44,185 nucleotides of DNA from Candidatus Eiseniibacteriota bacterium (GTDB lineage: Bacteria; Eisenbacteria; RBG-16-71-46): assembly GCA_046716125.1 (NCBI GenBank), contig JBKJXJ010000265.1:1-44185 (forward strand), written 5' to 3'. Positions 27,498 through 35,186 of the stretch are shown one piece after another; positions within the stretch are counted from its first letter, which is position 1, and the number at the start of each line of letters is the position of its first letter. Made by a program: the position numbers and the translations under genes. The notes under the pieces are model-generated. The model saw only the letters and a list, made by a program, of their open reading frames with translations, was not told the DNA's origin and searched no databases.

Positions 27498-28492
27498 GAC
27501 GCCCGCCCGCCACGCCCACGCGTGATGAAGCGCAGCGCTTTCGGCCACAGGAAGACGAGCGGCCAGCGCCGCTCGCGCTCGGTGAGCTCGAGGGCCACGC
27601 CGCTCCTGCGCTCGACCTTGCGCACGACGTATTCCAGCCAGTCGTCGTAGAGCGCCACGTACTTGAGCCAACGGAGCGTCGCGCGCAGCTTGCTCCAGCC
27701 GAACCAGGCGCGCGCCACCGACCGCGCCGCGAGGCCCGCGGGATGCGTGACGCGATATCCGTCCCCGACCGAGGTCAGCTCGCCGCGCCCGGTCAGGTGG
27801 GCGAGGAGCGTCTCGAACATCGGCATCAGCGTCGCGCCCTGGGCGTCGAGCAGCACGTCCACGTGCTGGGCGCCCTCGGGGCGGATCTCGGCGGCGTAGG
27901 AGACCGCCAGCAGCGAGCGGCCGTAGCCGCGCGCGTCGAAGCGCGCGGGGAGGAACGGCCGCCCCCACCGGAATGTCTCCCAGCGCGCCGAGGCGATCGC
28001 GTCCGTGACCTGGTCGCGCGCCGCCGGGTCCCGCGCCCACACGAGATGCGACTGCTGGAACAGCCTCGCGCGCACGAAGTGATCCAGCGGCCGTGGCGAG
28101 CAGGCGCGCGCCAGATCATGAACGGTCAGGACGCAGCACTTGGCCAGCCGGCCGTCGGCAGGATCGGTCACCGAGAGCACGTTGGGCGGGAGGATGCGGT
28201 TGAGGAATGCGGCCCGCCGGCCCGGGAAGCGGCGTGGGAGGGACGCGGCGAGCGCCTGGTAGGCGGGGCCGTAGTCGTCCACGATGACGAAGAAGTCCCA
28301 GGCGCTGTCGGTCCCGGCGCCGGCGCGCTGGGTGTGCGAGCCGTAGTGGAGGAGCGCGGCGGTGGCGGGCCCGAACGCCCGGGCCAGGTGGTAGGCAAGA
28401 CGGATGGTCTCCGGGCCCACCGGCTGGTCGAGGCCGAGCGCGAGCGCCGCGCGCAGCGCCGCGTCATCCGACCAGGGACGCGTGGGGGTCAA
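27494..28492 (-). CDS. Tam41/Mmp37-like nucleotidyltransferase (putative non-CdsA CDP-diacylglycerol synthase)
   Basis: High GC3. Three segments line up with yeast Tam41 blocks 'YGSGVF...IDIILGV', 'VKYGVVSMETLLKDI...YLAGRLQKPV' and 'LSYAGDIR' as recalled from memory. They are 'LLHYGSHTQRAG...WDFFVIVDD', 'AKCCVLTVHDLARAC...FVRARLFQQSHLV' and 'AVSYAAEIRPEG'. The start is uncertain: TTG 28492 is chosen, with alternatives GTG 28582 (119-nt overlap with the upstream gene) and GTG 28420. Confidence 0.55.
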   Translation of the reverse strand: MTPTRPWSDDAALRAALALGLDQPVGPETIRLAYHLARAFGPATAALLHYGSHTQRAGAGTDSAWDFFVIVDDYGPAYQALAASLPRRFPGRRAAFLNRILPPNVLSVTDPADGRLAKCCVLTVHDLARACSPRPLDHFVRARLFQQSHLVWARDPAARDQVTDAIASARWETFRWGRPFLPARFDARGYGRSLLAVSYAAEIRPEGAQHVDVLLDAQGATLMPMFETLLAHLTGRGELTSVGDGYRVTHPAGLAARSVARAWFGWSKLRATLRWLKYVALYDDWLEYVVRKVERRSGVALELTERERRWPLVFLWPKALRFITRGRGGRAS

Positions 28493-29342
28493 CGGAGGCC
28501 GATCGGGTACCGGTGGGATCGGAAGTGCCGGACACGCCGGAGACTCCCGACGTCGGGAAGGGGAGGGAGTGCGCGCCGCCACGCAGCCGCGTGAGCGTGG
28601 TGAGCATCTCGCCGCGCAGCGACTCGATGAACGCGTCGTGTTCGCCGCGCTCCGCCGGGACGGTGAAGGGCCCGAGCACCCTGAGATGGACCGTCCGGCC
28701 CGCGAGCCTGAGCGCGATGTCCGACAGGCTGCGCAGCTTCCACGCCCCGTCCACGACCATGACGTAGACCGGGCGGTGGGCCGCGTGCCGGAAGACGAGC
28801 TTCAGGCCCTGGCCCATGAACGGCTGCAGCTCGCCGTCGCGCGAGCGGTGACCCTCGGGGTAGATGAGCATCGTCCGCTCGCCACGCCCTACCGCCTCGG
28901 CGGCGGCGACCATCGCCGCGTGCTCGGCGCGTGTGGCGCGCTCGCCCTGCTTGAGCGACGGGAAACCGGCCAGCCGCGACAACCCGGAGATGCCGGGGAA
29001 CCCGCGCGTGTATTTGGCGCGGATCGGGATGACCGGGTAGGGGCCCCGCATCAGGGAGACGCCGAGCGGGATGTCGAGCATGGACTGGTGGTTCATCACC
29101 AGCGTCAGACTCGAGTCGGGAAGCGATCCCCGGATGTCCACCCTGAGCCCGCCGAGGATCCTCGCGAGCCCGATGACCAGGTGCGCCTGCACCTGGAACC
29201 ACCAACGCAGTATCGCGGGGCGGCGCAAAGGGTTGAGCGCGCACAGAGGACGGATGATCAGCCCCTGGACGGGCGGCATGACGACGATGAGATAGATGAA
29301 GTAGATTACGGCGAACAGCAGGCTGCGTGCCGCGCGAATCAT
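28464..29342 (-). CDS. lysophospholipid (1-acyl-glycerol-3-phosphate-type) acyltransferase, PlsC/LPLAT family
   Basis: ATG 29342 is preceded by GGGGAGGA. N-terminal TM 'SLLFAVIYFIYLIVVM'. HX4D box 'NHQSMLD' and 'IYPEGHRSRDG' block. Confidence 0.85.
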   Translation of the reverse strand: MIRAARSLLFAVIYFIYLIVVMPPVQGLIIRPLCALNPLRRPAILRWWFQVQAHLVIGLARILGGLRVDIRGSLPDSSLTLVMNHQSMLDIPLGVSLMRGPYPVIPIRAKYTRGFPGISGLSRLAGFPSLKQGERATRAEHAAMVAAAEAVGRGERTMLIYPEGHRSRDGELQPFMGQGLKLVFRHAAHRPVYVMVVDGAWKLRSLSDIALRLAGRTVHLRVLGPFTVPAERGEHDAFIESLRGEMLTTLTRLRGGAHSLPFPTSGVSGVSGTSDPTGTRSASVDPHASLVG

Positions 29343-29412
29343 GGATCCTCCCCAGGTCCGACGGTCGTCACCGGAAGCTCTGGTGGGGGAGTCAGGCAAT
29401 CGGAGGTCGGCC

Positions 29413-30693
29413 ATGACGGTCAAAACCAGAAACCCCTCGCACGTCCAGGGCGATCCTTTCGACTACGACTACAGTAGCTTCTACTACTCGTCAAGCGAGG
29501 ACGTCTTCGCCATCCTCGAGCCGTATACCGAGTGGTACGACGACGCGCAACTCCGGGGCTACTACCTCTACGGCCAGCCGATGTCCTCGCGGCCGATGAC
29601 GCGCGTCGAGCTTCAGGAGAAGCTCGAGCAGCGGCGGCTCAATCTCCTCAATCTATCCTCGTACAACTATCTCGGCCTGTCCTACCGGCCCGAGATCATC
29701 GAAGCGGCCAAACGCGCGCTCGACCACTACGGGCTGGGCGCGGCCGGCTCACCGGTGCTGTCCGGGACGATGGACGTGCACCTCCAGCTGGAGCGCGAAC
29801 TCGCCCAGTTCAAGAACAAGCCCGCCTGCATGCTGTTCCCGACCGGCTACAGCACCAACCTCGGGCTCATCCAGGGCATCATGCGCCCGGGCGACCTGAT
29901 CGTCGCCGACCAGAACTCGCACGCGAGCATCGTGGACGGGGCGATCCTCTCCAAGGCCGACGTGCGCTTCTTCCGCCACAACCGGCCGGAGGATCTCGAG
30001 AAGAAGCTCCAGGGCGGCGCCGGGCGCAAGCTGGTCATCGTCGAAGGGGTCTACTCGATGGACGGCGATGTCTGCCGCCTGCCGGAGATCGTCGAGATCG
30101 CGAAGAAGTACGACGCCCGCATCATGATCGACGAGGCGCATTCGACCTTCATCTACGGCGAGAATGGGCGCGGCGTGGCCGAGGTGTACGGACTCGAGGA
30201 TCAGATCGACATCCATGTCGGCACGCTCTCCAAGGCGCTCGGCGGCCAGGGCGGCTACGTCGCCGGATCGGCCAGCCTCTACAAGTACCTCGAGGGGTTC
30301 GCGCGTTCACGGTTGTTCTCGTGCGCGCTCTCGCCGGTGGTCGCCTCGGGCGTGCTCGAGGCGCTGCGCATCGCCGGCCGCGAGCCGGGCCTGCGCGGGC
30401 GCCTGTGGGCCAACGTCGCCCACATCCGCCGGCTGCTGCGCGAGGAGGGGATCGACGTCGGCGAGTCCACCTCGCAGGTCATCCCGGTGATGATCCGTAA
30501 CGATCGTCGCATCTTCGAGATCGGCCACCGGCTGCAGCGTGCCGGGCTCTATCTGCAGCCGATCGTGTTCCCGGCGGTCGCCAAGCACCGTTCGCGATTT
30601 CGCATCTCGGTCTCGGCGGCCCACACCCACGACCAGCTCAACGAGGGGGTCGCGATCCTCGCCCACGTGCTGCGCGAGGAAGGACTCCTGTGA
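29413..30693 (+). CDS. pyridoxal-phosphate alpha-oxoamine synthase (serine palmitoyltransferase / KBL / BioF family)
   Basis: ATG 29413, 6 nt after GGAGG. 'SYNYLGL', 'SGTMDVHLQLERELAQF', 'DEAHS', and the catalytic Lys in 'GTLSKALGG'. There is an unusual Tyr/Ser/Asp-rich N-terminal region, 'DPFDYDYSSFYYSSSEDVF'. Confidence 0.9.
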   Translation: MTVKTRNPSHVQGDPFDYDYSSFYYSSSEDVFAILEPYTEWYDDAQLRGYYLYGQPMSSRPMTRVELQEKLEQRRLNLLNLSSYNYLGLSYRPEIIEAAKRALDHYGLGAAGSPVLSGTMDVHLQLERELAQFKNKPACMLFPTGYSTNLGLIQGIMRPGDLIVADQNSHASIVDGAILSKADVRFFRHNRPEDLEKKLQGGAGRKLVIVEGVYSMDGDVCRLPEIVEIAKKYDARIMIDEAHSTFIYGENGRGVAEVYGLEDQIDIHVGTLSKALGGQGGYVAGSASLYKYLEGFARSRLFSCALSPVVASGVLEALRIAGREPGLRGRLWANVAHIRRLLREEGIDVGESTSQVIPVMIRNDRRIFEIGHRLQRAGLYLQPIVFPAVAKHRSRFRISVSAAHTHDQLNEGVAILAHVLREEGLL

Positions 30694-31397
30694 GCGAACA
30701 ACCGGCCGAGGCGCCGCGCCTCTACCACTACCGCGACGCGATCAACGGGTTCTTCGAGTTCCCGACCGGGAACGCGAAAGCGATCCTGCCGCACGGACTG
30801 CAGCCGGTCGAGCCGCGTCACGGCATGAGCATCCTCACGGTGACCGCGTTCGAGTTCCACGACAGCGCGGTCGGCGCGTACAAGGAGATCGCCCTGTCGG
30901 TCATCGTCGCCCCGCGCATCGGGCACGGCGAGACCATGCCGCGCGCCGCGATGTACCCGTTCCTGGTCGGCACCTCGACGCCCGAGGCGCGCAAGCACGG
31001 TATCGAGGTCTGGCATCTGCCGCACTACCCGAACGACCTCGACGTGCGTTTCGAGCGTGGCGGAGGGCAGATCACGGTGGTCGCGGCCGCGAGCGGCGCG
31101 CCGATCCTCACGTTGCGGGTCTCGGACAGCGGCGAGGTGGGATGGGAAAAGGTCGAGCACCGCTACCAGACGTTCATGTATCACGAGGGCGTCGGCTACA
31201 TCTCGCCGCTGGTCATGGCCGGGCCGTTCATGGAGCACGAGGGGGAGCGCGGGAGCCTCGAGCTGCACTCGCACCTGTTCACGCGCGCGATCGACCCCGA
31301 CGAGGTCACGACGATCCCGTTCCGCGAACAGTGGATGCGTGACGGCGTCGAAACCATCCACCCGCTCCAGCCGCTCGCCGCCCCCGTCGGGCGATGA
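30690..31397 (+). CDS. acetoacetate-decarboxylase-like (ADC fold) protein
   Basis: GTG 30690 overlaps the upstream stop (GTGA). 'MSILTVTAFEFHDSAVGAYKEIALSVIVAP' fits the ADC-family pattern (x-V-x-Y/F-x-D-S/T-x-V-G-x-Y-x-E). Function is inferred from fold resemblance only. Confidence 0.55.
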   Translation: MSEQPAEAPRLYHYRDAINGFFEFPTGNAKAILPHGLQPVEPRHGMSILTVTAFEFHDSAVGAYKEIALSVIVAPRIGHGETMPRAAMYPFLVGTSTPEARKHGIEVWHLPHYPNDLDVRFERGGGQITVVAAASGAPILTLRVSDSGEVGWEKVEHRYQTFMYHEGVGYISPLVMAGPFMEHEGERGSLELHSHLFTRAIDPDEVTTIPFREQWMRDGVETIHPLQPLAAPVGR

Positions 31398-32443
31398 CCT
31401 CGAGCGCGGTCGCGACCGGGCTCGGCCCCGTGGAACCGCCCCGCACTCCGACGGCACGCGCCACGGTGCGCGTGATCGTGAATCCCGCTGCCGGCCGCGG
31501 ACGCGGCGGGGAGATGCTGCCACGCATTCGCGAGGCCTTTGGCGCGCACGGCGTCTCGGCGATCGATGTCACCGGCGGCGCGGGTGAAGAGCGGGCGCTC
31601 GCGGACCGGGCCCTGGCCGAGGGCGCGACGACCCTGGTCGCCGTGGGCGGCGACGGCACCTGGAGCAATGTCGCGGGCGCCATCCTCGCCTCCGGCGCCG
31701 ACTGCCGGCTGGCCCTGCTCGCCGCCGGGACCGGGAACGACTTCGCCAAGTCGCTGGGCGCTCCGGCCGGGGATCTGGAGACCACCGCGCGGCTCGCGGT
31801 CGAGGGCCCCGACACCCGCGTGGACGTGGGGCGCATCGAGGGCCGGCACTTCCTCAACATCGCGGGGTTCGGCTTCGACATCGCCGTGCTCGAGGACTGC
31901 GCGCGCATCACCTGGATGAAGGGCGGCAATCTCTACCTGATCTCGGCCCTGCGACAGCTCTTCGGCTTCCCCGGCGTGGAGATCGAGGTCGGCTCGCCGC
32001 TCCGCCAGCGCGCCAAGGCGCGCCATCTCATGCTCATCGTCGCCAACGCGAGGCACTTCGGGGGCGCGTTCCACATCGCGCCCGGTGCGGATCTGGCCGA
32101 CGGGATGCTCGACGCCGTCTCGATCCTCGACGCGCCGCCGCTTGGACGCATGGGCCTGTTCGTCGCGACCACGCGCGGCGCCCATACTAAGAACCGGCGC
32201 GTGATCACCGAGCAGGCGACCCGTTTCACGCTGCGCTTCCCGGCGCCGCCCGCCTACGAGACCGACGGCGAGTATCGCCGCGCCGAGAGCGCGGAGCTCG
32301 AGATCGTCTGCGTCCCCAGGGCGTTGCGGGTCGTCGTCGGATCATTGGCGGGCGTCATGCGGCCGGCGCTGGCGAATGCGCATGCGGCGAGCCCCGCGGT
32401 GCGTGGCGTCGCGGTCCTGGACGGCGCGACCGGCGGGACGTAG
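31394..32443 (+). CDS. lipid kinase, diacylglycerol/sphingosine/ceramide-kinase catalytic-domain family
   Basis: ATG 31394 overlaps the upstream stop (ATGA). 'RVIVNPAAGRGRG', 'LVAVGGDGTWSNV', 'AAGTGNDFAKSLG'. Confidence 0.85.
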   Translation: MTSSAVATGLGPVEPPRTPTARATVRVIVNPAAGRGRGGEMLPRIREAFGAHGVSAIDVTGGAGEERALADRALAEGATTLVAVGGDGTWSNVAGAILASGADCRLALLAAGTGNDFAKSLGAPAGDLETTARLAVEGPDTRVDVGRIEGRHFLNIAGFGFDIAVLEDCARITWMKGGNLYLISALRQLFGFPGVEIEVGSPLRQRAKARHLMLIVANARHFGGAFHIAPGADLADGMLDAVSILDAPPLGRMGLFVATTRGAHTKNRRVITEQATRFTLRFPAPPAYETDGEYRRAESAELEIVCVPRALRVVVGSLAGVMRPALANAHAASPAVRGVAVLDGATGGT

Positions 32444-32458
32444 GACGCCTTCCGCTCG

Positions 32459-33670
32459 ATGAAGGCGATCGTCTTCGCCGCGCCCATCCCGACCTATCTG
32501 CTGACGCTCGCGGCCGGGGCGCTCTCCCGGCGGCTGCTGGTCGGTCCCCACGCCTGCACGCGCTACACCGACGTCGAGGAGCCGGCGCTCCCGGGCGAGG
32601 ACTGGGTTCGCGTGCGCACCCGGCTCGGCGGGATCTGCGGGAGCGATCTCGCGGTCGTGAGCCTGCAGGCGAGCCCGGCGGCGTCCCCCTTCTCGTCGTT
32701 CCCGTTCGTGATCGGCCACGAGAACGTGGGGACGATCGAGACGCTCGGCTCCTCCGTCCAAGGCTTCGCCGTCGGGGACCGTGTCGTCGCCAATCCGTTG
32801 CTCGACTGTGGCCCGCGCGGGATCGTGCCGGCGTGCGGCCCCTGTGAGAGCGGGCATCCTTCACGCTGCGAGCACTTCACCGACGGCGCGCTGCCGCCCG
32901 GGATGCTGATCGGGACCACACGGGGCCTGGGCGGGAGCTGGGGCGAGCGCTTCGTCGCCCCCGCGTCACGCCTGGTGCGCGTGCCGGCGGCCGTGCCCGA
33001 CGAAGCGGCCGTGCTGGTCGAGCCATTCGCGTGCTCGGTGCACGCCGTCCGCGCTTCGCGGCCGAGCGCGGGCGAGCGGGCGCTGGTCGTGGGCGCCGGA
33101 TCGATCGGCCTCCTCACGGTGGCGGCGTTGCGCGCGCTTGCGCCCGGCGTGGAGATCACGGTGCTCGCCCGCCACGGATTCCAGCGGGATCATGCGCTTC
33201 GGCTGGGGGCAAGGCATGTGGAGATGGGAGGCGGCGATCCTCGCGCGGCCCTGGCCGAGGCGGCCGGAGCGCGGCTGCTCAAGACGATCATCGGTCCTTC
33301 GGCGATCGTGGGCGGTTTCGATCGCACGTACGTCTGCATCGCCGGCCGGCGCGGCGTGGACGACGCGCTCAACCTGACGCGCGCCGGAGGCGAGGTCGTG
33401 CTGCTCGGGAACGCGCGCGGCCTTGACGGTCTCGACTGGACGCCGCTCTGGCTCAAGGAGCTGACGCTGCGGGGGAGCCTGACCTACGGCGCCGCGCACG
33501 GCGTGGCGGAGCGCGGCGATTTCGAGGAGGCGATGGACCTGATCGCCGCCGGCCGCGCCGCGGTCGCGCCGCTTGTCACGCACACGTTCCCACTCGCCGA
33601 CCACGCGCGGGCGCTCGAGACGGCGATGGATAAACGCGCGCAGAGCGTGAAGGTGGCGTTCAGGTTCTGA
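32459..33670 (+). CDS. zinc-dependent medium-chain dehydrogenase/reductase (threonine/sorbitol dehydrogenase-like)
   Basis: 'GGICGSDL', 'GHENVG', structural-zinc Cys cluster 'CGPCESGHPSRC', Rossmann 'VVGAGSIGLL'. Confidence 0.85.
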   Translation: MKAIVFAAPIPTYLLTLAAGALSRRLLVGPHACTRYTDVEEPALPGEDWVRVRTRLGGICGSDLAVVSLQASPAASPFSSFPFVIGHENVGTIETLGSSVQGFAVGDRVVANPLLDCGPRGIVPACGPCESGHPSRCEHFTDGALPPGMLIGTTRGLGGSWGERFVAPASRLVRVPAAVPDEAAVLVEPFACSVHAVRASRPSAGERALVVGAGSIGLLTVAALRALAPGVEITVLARHGFQRDHALRLGARHVEMGGGDPRAALAEAAGARLLKTIIGPSAIVGGFDRTYVCIAGRRGVDDALNLTRAGGEVVLLGNARGLDGLDWTPLWLKELTLRGSLTYGAAHGVAERGDFEEAMDLIAAGRAAVAPLVTHTFPLADHARALETAMDKRAQSVKVAFRF

Positions 33671-33750
33671 AGGGGGACGTCCGCCGCGATGATCTACGCC
33701 GTGCTGGATCTCGACAACCCGCGCTCTGGCGTCATCGTTACGGGGCGGGT

Positions 33751-33881
33751 GAAAATGACAGGGCCTTCTATCCGCCGCACGGCGGATGAGAATGACAGGG
33801 TCTTCTACCCGCGCCAGTGCGGACTCAAGGCCCAGTCATTTTCAACATGCCCCAGGGCATGTGGAAGACCCTGTCATTTTC
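33751..33881. repeat. cluster of four ~18-nt GAAAATGACAGGG(C/T)CTTC units (two forward, two inverted), each followed by a short GC hairpin
   Basis: Forward units lie at 33751-33768 and 33788-33805. Inverted units lie at 33827-33843 and 33863-33881. Unit 2 is the exact reverse complement of unit 4, and unit 1 matches unit 3 except for one base. The cluster sits in the 370-nt convergent gap between the dehydrogenase and the PimA-like gene. Confidence 0.6.
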
Positions 33882-34040
33882 TGCGGGCGCAACCAGCACG
33901 GGCGCCGGTGCCGAAGCCGACTTCGGAAGTGGAGTTCGTTGACAGTAGAGGCTGCCTGACAGGCCGCTGGAGCGGTCCCGCTCAGCCAGGATCAGCGGCA
34001 GCACCCCAGGCGGACAGATTAGAGCGTCAACCGCGACGTC

Positions 34041-35186
34041 CTACGCCGCGCTCGTGACCGTCGTCCGGCGCTCGAGTGTCTCGCGGTAGACCGCCTCGAT
34101 CCGGTCGGTCACGCGGGGCCACGCGAACTCCAGCGCCCGCGTCCTGCCGCGCCGGGCCAGCTCGGCGCGCCGCGTCGGGTCCTCGATCAGACGCACCAGC
34201 ACGCGCGCCAACGAGGCCACGTCGCCGGGCGGGAACGCCTCGGCGTTCTCCCCGGGCTGGATGACCGAGCGGTAGCCCGGGATGTCGGTCGCCACCACCG
34301 GACGCCCCGCGGCCATCGCCTCGAGCAGCACGATGCCGAAGCTCTCGTTCCCCGAAGCCGGGGAGACGAAGATGTCGCCGGTGGCGTACCAGCGCGGCAG
34401 GTCGGCGCTCGGCACATGGCCGAGGAAGCGGATGTGACCTCGCACCGCGGCCGGCACGCTCGCTTCGAGCCGGGGCCGAAGGTAGGAGTTGCCGACGATC
34501 AGCAATCGTGCCCGGCCACGGGTGCGCTCGATGACCTGGGGCATGGCCGCGAGCAGGTGATGCAGGCCCTTGCGCGGATCGAGCCGTCCGACGAACAGGA
34601 GATTCACATGATCCCCCTCGCGCCACTCTTCGAACGGCTCCTGGTCGGGCTGGAACCGCTCGACATCCACGCCGTTGGGGACGATCGCGTACTCGCCCGG
34701 GTAGTAAAGCCGCGCCGAGGCCTCGGCGGTGCGCGAGACGGCGATCCGCGCATCCAGCCGCCCGACCGCGCGTCCCAGCCACTCCCGGACCGCGTCCTGG
34801 AGGAAGGACCGGCCGCCGGTGCTGTGAAACGTGCCGACCGTGGCGCAGCGCGCTTCCTCGATGGCGAGCACGGGCAGCGTGGGCGCGTTGGGATTGTGGA
34901 TGTGGAGCAGGTCGAAACGGCCGGCGCGTAGGATCTGTCGCATCCGGCGCCTCAAGCCGAAGCCGACCGTGAGATCCACGAACGCCTGATTGAACGGCAC
35001 CAGGATGTTGGTGCCCACCCGTTCGACGCCGGTGTCCGGCTCGGCCTCGCGGCGGTCGCGGAATCGGCCGGTGATGATCGTCACGTCATGTCCGCGGCGG
35101 CGCAGTTCGACGGCGCTGTTGTGGACGTGCTCGGTGACGCCGCCGTAGCGGGGATAGTAGGACTGGGTGATGATCCCAACCCTCAC
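34041..35186 (-). CDS. PimA-like GT4 glycosyltransferase (phosphatidylinositol alpha-mannosyltransferase-like)
   Basis: GTG 35186 overlaps the stop of the upstream acyltransferase (GTGA). The part of the track ORF above 35186 is an artefact. Three blocks resemble mycobacterial PimA as I recall it. They are 'YGGVTEHVHNSAVELRRRGHDV', 'FDLLHIHNPNAPTLPVLAI...VGTFHS' and 'NESFGIVLLEAMAAGRPVVATD'. Confidence 0.8.
   Translation of the reverse strand: MRVGIITQSYYPRYGGVTEHVHNSAVELRRRGHDVTIITGRFRDRREAEPDTGVERVGTNILVPFNQAFVDLTVGFGLRRRMRQILRAGRFDLLHIHNPNAPTLPVLAIEEARCATVGTFHSTGGRSFLQDAVREWLGRAVGRLDARIAVSRTAEASARLYYPGEYAIVPNGVDVERFQPDQEPFEEWREGDHVNLLFVGRLDPRKGLHHLLAAMPQVIERTRGRARLLIVGNSYLRPRLEASVPAAVRGHIRFLGHVPSADLPRWYATGDIFVSPASGNESFGIVLLEAMAAGRPVVATDIPGYRSVIQPGENAEAFPPGDVASLARVLVRLIEDPTRRAELARRGRTRALEFAWPRVTDRIEAVYRETLERRTTVTSAA

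Noticed and set aside
29341-29412. ATG 29341 as the start of the alpha-oxoamine synthase.
   Set aside because: It would overlap the start codon of the divergent acyltransferase and add 24 non-conserved residues. ATG 29413 has a GGAGG at ideal spacing.
33689-34057. ORF 33689..34057 (+), 122 aa, between the dehydrogenase and the PimA-like gene.
   Set aside because: It is made almost entirely of the ATGACAGGGCC repeat cluster. Third-position GC collapses inside the repeats (aaa, aca, tct, aat, tca, ttt, tgt, cat). There is no RBS.
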